Part shown: in pieces, positions 11,490-25,199 of the stretch
Layout: each line of letters opens with the position of its first letter
Numbering within the stretch: position 1 is the first letter of the stretch
Assembly (NCBI GenBank): GCA_951406725.2
Contig: OX597817.1
Coordinates: 4,526,001 to 4,590,000 of the forward strand
Length of the DNA: 64,000 bases
DNA from: Octopus vulgaris
Lineage: Eukaryota
Direction of reading: 5' to 3'
Notes under the pieces: model-generated
What the model was told of the DNA's origin: nothing
The model's database searches: none
What the model saw: only the letters and a program-made list of their open reading frames with translations
Position numbers and translations under genes: made by a program

Positions 11490-13547
11490 CAAATGGATAA
11501 TGTGTCAGTCCAATACAGCTGTTTGCAACGAATTTTCGAATTTTATTTCATGTGACGAATTTATTTTCTTATGATGTAATGTCGCCATTAAACAATTAAA
11601 AAAATCATTCGAAACAGGTGTAGTGGATTGACACATTATTAATCTATTGTTATTTATTTAATTTATGAAGTTACATCTGTCAGTAAATTATGTATGAAAT
11701 TACGTTCATCAGTAACTGTGAACATCTTTCTGTCAGTAATTGTTGTTTGTAAATAGCGATTGAAAACTTACAGTGAAAACAATAGTCCAAAAAATGAAAG
11801 TAAAGACAATATAAAGTGAGATATAGAGAGTGGAGGAGAGAGAAAGAGCTAGCTAGTGAGACAAATAGGATATAGATAGATAAGATATAGACAGACAGAT
11901 GCAGAGAGATAGATAAATATAGAGATAGGGACGGAGAGATAGATAGAGATACGCATGAAAAGCGAATACACACACATCTCTATTTTATATAATAGATAAG
12001 ATTGTGATAATTTTTTGACCAATGGATTTAAAGAAGACTATCAATTTCTGAAAGTTACTTAGCAAAGGATCACCTCTCTTATCCATGTAAGCCAGGAACG
12101 GGTATTTTCCCCCCAAGTGGCCCGTTACTCATTATGTGAAAAAAAATTTTAAAGACTAAAGCCATTTCTGGAACTTATGCAAATTATGTTCCCAGTTTTG
12201 AGAAAATCAGTTGAAAAATACAACCGTTATAATTTTTTTACACACACAGAGGGAAAGAACGGCATTTATATCATATTATATCATATTATATATATATATA
12301 TATATTAATAATATCAAAGGGTAATCAGAAATATTAGAAATTGCCATTACCAGGCGAAGTCTTCGTCATTAATTGTTGAAGTCTTCTTCAGAAGGTACAC
12401 CTTAGATTAAATATATATACACGAGGCAATCCAGCATATGTCCCGTGCTTATACATTCTAATTTTTTTAATCTACCGCACAAGCGCAGCTCCTTGTCGGC
12501 AGTAAATAAATATGCCGGCTTTTCAATTCAAAACTTATCCAGAGAAAAAAATGATCAATAATTAATAATATCAAAGAGTATGCAGAAATATTAGAAATTT
12601 ATTAGAAGACTTCGCCTAGCAAATTATTTTATTTGCTAAAAAAAAATGTCTGAAACCAGGAGTTCGATGGTAAATGTTTTATATTTTTCATTCCTTTCGA
12701 AATTTTATCCCTAATAGTCGTATGTAATTTAACTGTCCTTTCTAGCGTGCAAGGAGTCCTATGAGGGATTTCTCTTATATGTTTAAATGTATACTGTATT
12801 TATATATATATATATTGAGTGTAATCTTTTATGAATGCATTACTATAATTCTGCCGAAACTTTCATATAGTATGAATGCTTTATGTAAAATATAGCTTTC
12901 TATTACCGAAACGTGCAGATGTGCTTCAAGAGAACATAACTTCTTTCTGCTTATGTGTGTATGTGTGTCTATGTGTGTGTGCTCGTGAAGGCTCGTGCGC
13001 GCGTGTCTGTTTGTGCGTGTATATGAGCATATAGATACCCAAAGGGGAGCCACGTATCTTCATAGATATATTATGGTGCAAGGCAAGTAATCTAAAACAA
13101 TGAAATCTAAGCGTTTCTATTCAGTAAAGCCTTAAATAAATAACCATTTGAAATGGTTCTACAATATTCTAACGTATAGTACACGCTACAATATATGGCC
13201 AGCAGCAATGACAGAATTGCCTTGAAGATATTTTCTCATAAATCTCATTTCAATACAGATTCTCGGGAATTAATAGTAATTATATATGTATTAAAATTTA
13301 ACTTTAGAAAATACATAAAATTGGGATTAATATTTATATGGTATTTGATGAAAAGATATACCATATTGACAGTTATTAAGTTACATTACATGCTGCGTAT
13401 ACATACGTGTGTACAAGTTTTGGAATACATGTATTAATATTTTGGCGATTCGCACGTTCGTACACACACTCATACACACATACACGCACACACAAGTGAG
13501 TGTTAGATGAATAGTTATGGCTGGAAATATGCATACCACAATATTAT

Positions 13548-13628
<81 letters not shown>

Positions 13629-13849
13629 CACCTACGCTTTTATGCATAGATACAAACGTATTTTCTATAAAACACACTGATAAAGAATATGTGCATGCTA
13701 TATACATGCATACATACGCTGGTGTACATATACACAAGTAAATACATACAAACATACATATATGCATATATGTATATATGCATGTATGTATGTATGCATA
13801 TAAGCTTGTACGTATCTATATAGCTAAGTGTGAATATAAACATGTACAA

Positions 13850-14061
13850 AGGCAGTGAGTTAGACGAAGCGTTACTATGACGAATAAAATGTTTAGAGAC
13901 ACTTCGTCCATCTTTACGTTCTGAGTTCAATTCCTGCCACGATCGACTTTGTCTTTTATCATCTTAGGGCCGATAAAATATCTACCAGTTGAGTTTCAAG
14001 ATCGATATATTCGATTTACTCCTCTCTTCAATTTGTCTGCTTTGTGACAAAATTTGAAACC
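13850..14061 (+). mobile_element. Degenerate SINE, family 1
   Basis: ttacgttctgagttcaattcc...tcgactttg... and ...aaaatttgaaacc 3' end. Confidence 0.7.
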
Positions 14062-14444
14062 GACATAATTATGTACGTGTGTACTGGTGTCGAATCGACA
14101 AATCGTTAGCTCGTCTGAGTTCAAATCACATTAAAGTTAGCTTTGGATGTCTTCGTTCTAGGGTCAACAAATGAAGAATACTTGGTGGACATTTTAAAGG
14201 AGAGCATAGGTAGACGTAAGGGCGATAGTCTTTCAGTTTCATCGCGTTCTCTTTCCGAATTCTGCTGAGCGAGAAACTTAATACGCCAAACTAAAACCTC
14301 ATTCTGGTCTTTCTGGACCTTTAACCAATTCCTCGTGGTAGCAAGTCTATTGTCTAGGTCTCAGGTCGGGAGATAGTCTTTCTCCTTCTTAACCACTAGT
14401 TTGTAAATGACAAAGAGAACTTAAAATCCACTCCTTTATATCCA

Positions 14445-14908
<464 letters not shown>

Positions 14909-15531
14909 ACTTATAAATACACAAATATGCATGAACACACATATGTGTATGTATGTATGTATTATGTATGTATGTATGTATGTATGTATGTATGTATGTA
15001 TACATGCATTACATGTGCGTGTTTGTACTTGGGTGTGCCTGTGTGTTTGTGTAGAGCTGAATGTTATTCATAATTGACATTTCAACGTTCAATCGGTATT
15101 CAAGCCCTGTCGCTCAAATATCCAGTCGCTAGAAAAGCTTCTATAATTTTATTAGTTTAAGACAGACAAAGGTTTATTGGAGATTCTTTATGAAGATAAT
15201 CTTGCAACATTGCTATTATGAGATAGAAGGGTGTAAGCCACATATACGAAACAATATATATTTTCCTCAATGCTATACAAAAAATTTGAAATTAAAACGA
15301 TATAGTATGAGAGCTACTCATTAGTCATACCTTGCTCACAGACTAGACAGTAACGTAAATCGCATGAATAAACTATAAAACCGACAATAAATTATTTATG
15401 TATATATGTATGTGTGCACATACGCGTATTTCTCATGCGCATAATGCGCGACTTTTTGCTTGTAGACGCCAGCGACACAATGCGGTTACGCTTTTCCTTT
15501 CTTTGTACCCATTGCACCCTGTTTGTATATA

Positions 15532-16803
15532 CAGGGGTTGGACAAAATAATGGAAACACCTAAAAATTATAAACAAATTTATTTTATTATGGGGTAGGAC
15601 TACCTTTTGGCAGTAATTACAGCATGAATTCTGCGTGGTATGGACTCGTACAAAGTTTGAATTATTTCCAAAGGAATTTTTATCTATTCTTCAGCTAAAA
15701 CAGTCTCCAGTTCTTGTAGTGATGATGGTGAAGGATATCAACTCCTTACTTGCTTTTTTAAAATGCACCATAAATGTTCAATAATATAGAAATCTGGAGA
15801 TAAGATGTTCACCTTCACTAGAATATTCCTCGTGTCATTCAGTAACAACTTTAGCTGTGTGAATTGGTGCATTATCATCCTGAAAGATTGCGTTTCCCTC
15901 CGGACAATAGTTCCGCAACCGTAGGATGAATTTGATCAAATAAGATACTTAAATAGTCTTAACTATTAAATCTGCCATGAAGGAAAACCATTGAGCTGGT
16001 GGATTTCCTAGATATTGCCGCCCCCAGATCATCACAGATGCTCCTCCATGTTTAACAGTTGGAAGAAGGCAGTCTGGTTCGAATGCTTCTTTTCTCTGTC
16101 TCCACACGTATACTCATCCGGTGGTCGGAAATAAAGTAATGGATGTCTCGTCTGAGAACATAACATTCTTCCACTACTCTAGGGACCAATTCTGTAGGTT
16201 TTTACTTCACTTTAAACGCTTTGCAAGGCTTGTTTTTGAAATTTGTGGTTTTCTGATTGCAGCCCTCCCATGAAATCCGGCGTTGTGCAGCTCCTGGCGA
16301 ACGAACAGTTTTTATGGAAACTGGGTTCTCGAGGTGGTCATTAAGCTCTGCAGTAATTTAGGGAGCTGTACTTTTGTGATCCTTTCTAACAACTCGCATA
16401 AGAGTTCGACGGTCCATATCTGAAAGTATTGGTTTTATTCAGGAATTTTGTTTCAACGAGAAGGTTTTTCCCTCTTTCTCAAAGGTTGTCATTACTTTCT
16501 AGACAGTACTTCTTGATATATCAAACATTTCGGCTGTTTTCGTTACGCTATCGCCTACCATACGAATACCAACCATTTGACCTCTGCGAAAGTCTGATAG
16601 ATCTGTCATTTTAATGAATTTCAATTACCTTTCTCAGATGATATCTGAAAAGAAACGGCTATTTTAGCAAAACATATAAAGCAAAACTAATAATAAATAA
16701 ATAAAAAAAACATAAAAATAAACAAGCTTTTGACGGTTTTATAGATATTTCAAAATTATGATGCTATGATGTTAGGAGTTACCATTAGTTTGTCCAACCC
16801 CTG
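15532..16803 (-). mobile_element. Tc1-family DNA transposon, full length, defective
   Basis: TIRs caggggttggacaaaataatggaaacacc / ggagttaccattagtttgtccaacccctg, with TA on both flanks. Confidence 0.95.
15587..16609 (-). pseudogene. Tc1 DDE transposase pseudogene
   Basis: MTDLSDFRRGQMVG start, WKNVMFSDE, PTVKHGGASVMIWG, IFQDDNAPIHTAK, SPDFYIIEHLW. Has an early in-frame stop and indels. Confidence 0.9.
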
Positions 16804-17193
16804 TATATAAATATATATGATATCTGTATACTCATTTAACCAGTATGAACATCGCTGACATGTGCCAGTAATGACTGCGCAAGATTTTCAACACGGGTGC
16901 GGCTTCGACAACACCACAACGACTCTCACCAGCAGTACTAAGAAACCCAGAGACAAGCGAAGTGAAAGATAGTCGGCTCAGTAGAGCAGCGGGTTTTATA
17001 TGTAAGTTAGTCTTCTCCCAGAGGAATGCTTTGACAAAGACCAGGGGTTCCTCATTCACAGTGAGCTTACTACGCCCTCCGATACCAACTTGAGTATTCC
17101 TATGACACGGCGCATCCATCCATCCATCCACATAAATATATACACACCAGTCTGCGTGCGTGCGCGCGTGTGTGTATGTGTCTGTGTGTGTGC

Positions 17194-17251
<58 letters not shown>

Positions 17252-17254
17252 CCG

Positions 17255-17700
17255 TGACCAACAGAGAGAAACATGATCAGATATGTAACGTCGTCACGAC
17301 GGCCAAGTTCTTCCAGCAAGTGCTGGGCATCATCCAGTCATCTGAAGAGTCCATTATCCGGCGTGTGGGGCTCGAGAACATCAGCTTGCGAGATAAGAGC
17401 TGAGAAATTCATATCCGACAAAATCTGAAAGTGTTGTGTAATCATGTGATCTCTAAAATCATATGCTCTGCTACATCTGATAATTTAAATCGTATGGCTG
17501 ACCGGAACTGCGATGTCGATAATGGAGAGCAAAGCGTCTGATGCATCTAGTACTGAGGACTTTTTTGCAGACTATCATGGCTTGCACTTGATCTGTCTAT
17601 GTAGTTGCATCCACGGCCGCATGAGGATCATCATCGTAGACGAGGGCTAAAGTGCTGCATGATTTTTTTTTTTAACTATATCTGTAGAAAAGTGACTGTA
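17255..17700 (+). pseudogene. Possible very degenerate Tc1/mariner-superfamily transposase fragment
   Basis: VVTTAKFFQQVLGIIQSSE loosely resembles TKFPASVMVLGVVSSEG. CSCIHGRMRIIIVDEG resembles the C-terminal CxRFRxRIEAVIxAEG. Confidence 0.35.
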
Positions 17701-17829
17701 GTTTATCAGCGACAATGTAGTTCTTTTGTGTTTCATGTCATTATTTTCTTTGTATTTTGCTAAGCCTAGACATGTTTCTATCCAATGTTTTATCTCAAGT
17801 AGTTGATAATATGCAACTTAAGTTATTTC

Positions 17830-18305
<476 letters not shown>

Positions 18306-18450
18306 AAGAATATATATATATAAAGATAGATAGATAGATATATACATGTATATATGTATACATACACATATACATATATATATATACACTCATATATATA
18401 TACATATACATACTCATATGAATATATATATATGTAATATATATATATAC

Positions 18451-18491
<41 letters not shown>

Positions 18492-21400
18492 TATACACAT
18501 AACCTACATAACGTATATATACACACGCACATATATGTATACAAGTATATTTATATTTTTATACACATACAAATATATATGTAAACGTGTGTGTGTATGT
18601 GTGTGTGTGTGTGTGTGTGATGTGGGTCACGAGTTCGGCTCTCTACAGAATAAGCAATATAGTATTGAAAGTATCGTAATGCCTATTATGATGTAGAATA
18701 TATTTGCGCACCAACTGTTAAGTGATAGCTCATATGGGAATCGGACACGATGTGACAGCTGCAATGACCAACGTTTCAAACATGCTTTAATTTCGTTTTC
18801 AAACGTAATTTCAAGATAACGGATAAACCGTGTTGGTAAAAATTAGTGAAAAAATCTTTTTTATATCACTAGTACAAAAGACTGTCGCTAGTTTATATAG
18901 AAAGAGCGAAATCACCCTCAGCCATATGTTATCTCAATTATTCTTCACATTACATCAACAATAGCTATCTATAGCCATCTATAAGATAACCGTCTATGAG
19001 ATTCTACTATTATGTACAGATATTTTTCTCCCAACATTCTGAGGTGACACTGTCTAACTATGCTATGTTTAATCTTGAATATAATAAGCAAGGGTGGACC
19101 TTTACTTGGTCTTTCGAAATCCTAACTGCTTTTCAAAGAGAACTTATTGTGTAATTTATTTTTTAATTAAAATTCAACCACATTTGAGTGAGAGCGGTTT
19201 TAGGAGTCATACTTCATAATTTCCTGAAAAGTTTGATTACGTAACCAAAGTTTCTAAACTGCAGATGATCCGGTACATGACATTTAAGAAATATTATCAA
19301 TAAGAACAAAAACAATAGCAACAATATGAACTGTGAGTGTTTTTAAGGAAATCATTACGTGTGAATATTAAATATAGAAATGTCTGAGATGATGAGTTAG
19401 TTCCTCTGTCGATTAACCTTATCTTTAGAGATGAGTTCTTTTCTCGTTTCTTATAAAAAAAAAAAATTACATTACGTTTGAATATATATCGGGTACGAAA
19501 AATGAGTATTTTACAATCACACGAGAAAAAGAAAGAAAATACATAAATTAATTAATAAAATTGCCACGGAATGAAGTTTTCAATAGGGGTCACTCATGAA
19601 AAGGTAGTCAACGGAAAATTGAAGTAGTAATTACATATACACTAGTCAATAATCGCGTTAGAATTAAAAGTTCTGACTCCATATGTCGGAATAAAACCCC
19701 TGATGTCAATCGGGAAAAGAAAATGCAACCCGAATATTTATGTAAAGATATTTCTCCCTATGGATATCTTTGAATTCCAGCCAAAGGAACGGCAAATCAG
19801 TTATTGACTAGACACAACTCAATCTTGATTGTACAAATAGATATTTAAAAGACATTCTAACAGTGAACAGCTTAACCTGTTTTCCTCAGCATTGCATTGG
19901 GGTACAAGACCCCATTTATGGACTTCGAGGTCTGATTGAGTCCAGGCCATCAAGAGGCTACAAGGCTGCACGATTTAAGGAGTTAATATAACTGACCGAT
20001 CATCGAAGAAACAAAATGAAATTTAACAATTTTCTTCTATCAGTCCGAAGACAGCGATGGTGGAAGGGTTCAGGGACGTTGAGCGTCGAAAGAAATTTCT
20101 TGAAATATTTAGAGCCACCACTTGCTGATCTAAATATCACAGGTATATTTATTGAAGGTAGAATATTACCATTTATATCTCAGATACTACCAGTCATGTA
20201 GTGGGGTCAGTTTAATTGCTGTTCCCTTCATCTAAGCCCTGATATCGAAATCGCTATCTTATCTGCTTTAATTTCATAGGTTTATGTTTTCAAAATTAAA
20301 TACAACCGTTGTTTTATTATATTTATTTCATACGTAGTCAAGTTTAAAAACTCTCAATTACTCAGAAATCAAGACAGAAAAGTATGTGGTCACTATAATC
20401 AATATATGATACTTAAGACGACCATCAACGGCAGAATATTATTGATTGACCACTGGTCAATCTTCATTCTACAAACAAATAATAAAAGACACTCTAGATG
20501 CGAAAACCTCAACTTGGTCTCATGAAAAATGTCCATGGGTTCTCCAATTTTAACGTGGCGAGTGTAACTCGAGGCTGATTTTATTGTTACCTCTAGCAGT
20601 TTGAAAGAGGATGTGATATAATCGTTGGAATTCAAGGCAGCAAAAAATAGCCGCAACGTGGTCGGTTCATCTGCTAGAACTAGCCATCAAACATCCTTTC
20701 AAATGAAAAAAAGTCGCTTCACAAATAACCACTTTAAAACAAAAGAAAAACAACAAAAAGCACTAAAGAAGATAATATATATTGGTTTGTATCGTGTGTA
20801 ACACATTTTATCATAGGTCTGTTTGATTAAAATTATCTTTAGCGTAAACAACAACAATAGTGCTGTAACTGAAATTCGAACTTATGTCGTAAATTCAACG
20901 AGCAGTGAGATTCACCATCCACACACACACACACACACACACCACACGCGCGCATACACACAGCACGCATGCTTTCTCAAAAACGCGCGCACAGATACGC
21001 GCATGCAGACACAGACTCATACACACCACCCACAGCACACGCGATCATTTATGTTTCTGTTTAGTCATGATAGAAGAAAAACATGAAAGAATAGTTAGCA
21101 AATATAAGTTATCTCCCTTGCACCTTTCGCTATGTGAAACCTGTCAGCCATCAGTTTCTACGTGAACCGTAATTGTTGCTTTCAGGTTTCACACACAACT
21201 TCCTTTTCCTCTCTCTCTCGTTTAATCCTATCTTCTCCAACTTCTTCCTCCACTGATTCTCAATTATGTCATTTTTCTCTTCTTATTCGTGTCTACAAAA
21301 TTAGTCAACGCACCAAATCAGTGTTATCATTTTACACATCACTAACACATCATTCCTTTTCCTAGAACTGCCATCACCAATGTTTTCCTACCTATCCCTT

Positions 21401-21829
21401 TTTCCACCGCATCTTCCTCCTCCACAACTTTCTCACCACCACCACCACCACCACCCTCAACATCTTCATCAACACAATAATCTCTGTAGCAGCAGCAGCT
21501 GCAGCAGCAGTATGGATGTTGCTGGTATTGCTTGCGTACATTCTATAACTGAGGGCAAAATAAGAAAGTTTATTTAGCCCTCATCATGTACATACTATAC
21601 ATAATTCCACGCTCAAACACGCTTCCATTCCTATGCTCATTCATGTATTATGTATGTATGTACATACATACAGAGAAGCACACAAACACACACTCACACA
21701 CACACACACACACTCACTCACAGAAACATACATATATATATTTACATACACGACTAAGAACATAAATGTCAAACAAGGTGGAAAAGATAGTATTCGAATA
21801 CCAAAGGTAGTGTAATGTGCTGTTTGGGA

Positions 21830-21885
<56 letters not shown>

Positions 21886-21985
21886 GCGCGCAGGATTGGG
21901 TGTGTGGTTTGTATCTTTCTTACCAGGAACATGGTTCCAGGTCCAGTCTCAGACTTCTGAGTTGATTTGGTAGGCAGAACCTGAA

Positions 21986-22053
<68 letters not shown>

Positions 22054-22273
22054 AAGGAAAAATTGTAAAAAGGCAGAATGCTAAATTGAAAGAAAATTTT
22101 AATGAAAATAGGTGTATGGAAAAGTTTTTGAAAAATTGATAAAATATATATATGAATTAATATATAAAAATATATATCTGTATTTTATCAATTTTTCAAA
22201 AACTTTTCCATATACCCATTTTCATTAAAATTTTCTTTCAATTTAGCATTCTGCCTTTTTACAATTTTTCCTT
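22054..22273. repeat. 93-bp near-perfect inverted repeat (34-bp spacer)
   Basis: Arms 22054-22146 and 22181-22273 match at 91 of 93 positions. Embedded between two (TA)n tracts. Confidence 0.95.
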
Positions 22274-22321
22274 GCTTATCATTTTTGCCCGTGCGATCAA
22301 CACAGTCCCACCATTTATTGA

Positions 22322-22369
<48 letters not shown>

Positions 22370-22642
22370 TATATGTATGTATGTATTTATGTATGTGTGT
22401 GTGTGGAGAGAGAGAGAGAGACGTTATGAGAGGTAATGGTGTCAGTAAGACCGAAAGGTGTCAGGTAATGCTGAGTAAGTGCTATGAATAGACCATAGTT
22501 AAGTTCCAGGTTTGGTGATTATGCGAATAAGGAGTCCAACATAGGTCGTATATCAGCATGTGTATATATAAAAATAAACTTTTTTCTGAATGAGATAAAA
22601 AGAAAAACCAAGGCTGTGAGATTTTAGAACATTTATAAAGAG

Positions 22643-22690
22643 GTCTTACAGCTGTTTCCAGGGTATATATTATATCTCTTCATCGGAGAC
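22643..22690 (-). ncRNA. Minimal type I hammerhead-like motif (degenerate) in a Penelope-like fragment (~22560-22995)
   Basis: GUCU CCGAUGA AGAGAUAUAAUAUAUACCCUG GAAA CAGCUG UA AGAC. Stem I GUCU/AGAC, palindromic stem III ACAGCUGU, core U4>C. Confidence 0.6.
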
Positions 22691-22992
22691 GATGTAAGAA
22701 AATGGTTAAGCAATAGTTAATTTAGATAAGATACGAAACAGAGAGTGATGTGGAGGAATAAAAATAGATGTGAGATATGCAGGGATATTCCATTTGTAGA
22801 TTCATTATTTAGTCAGAATGGTATACATATGAGATTCCAGTACCTTGTGAGTAAATTCCAATAGTATTTAAAATTGGTCATTCCAAGTTTAGAGTTTGTA
22901 CACAGTGCTCATGAATCGAGGGTTATATTTAAAGTGGCCTAAAGGTAAGGAATTCCTACTTTCACAGAGTTGGTTTTTTTAATCTCATTCTG

Positions 22993-23106
<114 letters not shown>

Positions 23107-23224
23107 GTCCTCTGAAGGACTTCTGTCCTCAGCCGTCTGGATTACTGCTTGCAACTGCGGTCACCAAACAGTGTAAAATTAACGACGGAAGAAGAGTTGA
23201 TCAAGTGGAGCTGCACAAAGAAGA

Positions 23225-23342
23225 TAGACACGTTGCGTCATATCAGGAGAGACTAAAAGTGTTAAGCTTCTACTTCCTACAAGGAACGTGGGAAAGATAT
23301 ACAGTAATATACATCTGGAAAATCCTAGAAAGATTCCACTAG
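23225..23342 (+). pseudogene. CR1-like LINE ORF2 C-terminal fragment
   Basis: SYQERLKVLSFYFLQGTWERYTVIYIWKILE is homologous to DYWDRLKALKLYSLQRCREWYIICTMWKI in the 38499-39272 ORF. Confidence 0.7.
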
Positions 23343-24436
23343 TTAATCACTGTCATATAATATGAAAGTCTCTGCGATATAATAGGGAATATTGTAGTAG
23401 TATATATTATGAATATTGAATGAAAGAAAATGGCAAAAAAAAAAAAATCAACGTTTGAATAATTTATATGTATGATATAAAGATGTTGACATTTTAAAAA
23501 ATACATTACAATACAAATACATTAGAAGTTGTAAAACTTAACAAATGTGAAAAACCTACATATATGTCTCAATACTATCTACCAGTTGATGTGGGGTGTC
23601 ATTTTCTAACTAAATGGAGCAGAACCTCTTCAGAGATATTATGAGCTTATAGAACAAAAGTAAATACTTTTCCTTTCCAGGCACGCGTTTATTCAATTCT
23701 CTGAGAATCGAATAAGCGTAACAAGAACACACGCAAAGATGGAAAGTTTCACTGAAGATGTCACAGATGCATAACAAAATAGAACCGGACAATGGACAGC
23801 AGTTAGAATAAGAACATTAATAAAAAAAGACCGTCCCGAACTTAAATCTAAAAATATGAATAGTGATTATTTTGTTAAATAATTTGGTAATTAAATATTG
23901 GAATATAACTGAGTTAAAGCTATTTGAGAGTTTATTATGTTTTTTAAAGCCATATTATATCTTCATAGATAAATACATATTTCTATCTATTTTTTTTACC
24001 TTAAAAATAAATATTTAACATAATAAATGTGTTGTAGGAAATAATCTTAATGTTTTAAGTTTCTAATTTAGATAATGGAGTTTTTTCTATAAGAAAAAAT
24101 ATTATTTTATTTATTTCTTAAATATTGTTTAACTCTATTTGCTTATTTATTTAACCTGAAGATTGAATATAATTTTAATTCGAATTTATTTCAATTGAAT
24201 TTAAACTTAATTGTAATTCGAATTTTATTATAGCCATGAAACGTACGTAGTGTTTTTACTTATTATATTATATTTATCATTCATTTTATACTTTTTGGGG
24301 AAAAATAAATATATATATTGTTATATTTCGGAATGGTCATATTGCCAGTTTAGCCAATAAAAACACACGCACTATATATTTGGTGTTATTTTGCTTCAGT
24401 GTTATTTAATTTTTACATTAATCTTAATTTTATTTC

Positions 24437-24481
24437 GGCTAGAGTTCTTTCGTCACACTCCTGTGACCGCATCAGTGGTCC
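24437..24481 (-). ncRNA. Minimal hammerhead-like motif (degenerate variant)
   Basis: GGACCA CUGAUGC G GUCAC AGGAGU GUGAC GAAA GAAC UC UAGCC. Perfect 5-bp stem II; core A9>C; stems I and III imperfect. Confidence 0.4.
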
Positions 24482-24714
24482 TTTGTTTTCTTCTTTCTTA
24501 TTTGTGTCTCTCCTTACTAACCGTCAACCATTTTGTATTTCTATTGTATGTCTTCATTTGCACATGCTTATATCTCTATGTGCGTATATGTTTATTTAGT
24601 GTGTGTATTATATATTTATATTATATATTTATTAATTACATATATTATTTGTTATTTATGTATTGGTTTATGTCTATCACTCTTTGAGTTGCATAATAGT
24701 GGTTTTATCTCTAA

Positions 24715-24768
<54 letters not shown>

Positions 24769-25036
24769 CAATAATAATATTAAGTAATAATTAATAATTT
24801 TACCAAGTAGTTCGGTATGTTAAATTAACCATTATCGGTAAATTTATACAAAAATTCTATAATTATGAGTACAATTATAATTAGGGTTCAACAAAAATTT
24901 GCTTCACCACCTACCGAAATTTAGAAATAGCAGTTAAACTACTATTCTACTATCATAGGATATCTCCCAGACAGCAATACTCAACAACTCACGCAGGTAA
25001 AGGGGAAAAAATGACGAATCCACCCGGCTCTGATTA

Positions 25037-25114
25037 ACTGTATGCGCGTTTCGGAGTTAGATGTAAAAAATGTAAATCATATTTCTACTCACTCATTCTC
25101 TTCATCAGTACAGT
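25037..25114 (-). ncRNA. Minimal type I hammerhead-like motif in a Penelope-like fragment (~24766-25190)
   Basis: ACUGUA CUGAUGA AGAG...CUCC GAAA CGCG CA UACAGU. 6-bp stem I and intact CUGAUGA/GAAA. ACGCG(C) is one change from the palindrome ACGCGU (U16.1>C). Confidence 0.6.
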
Positions 25115-25199
25115 ATTTCAAAATTTTAATTTGAGAGCACTGATAATTAACATACATATTCGACCAAGCGTCATCAAATAGCATATATCCAAAGACCAA

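Noticed and set aside
21380-21577. His/Ser-rich 65-aa ORF as a stand-alone gene
   Set aside because: Low-complexity (CAC)n/(CAG)n sequence reads plausibly in several frames; kept only as a low-confidence exon candidate.
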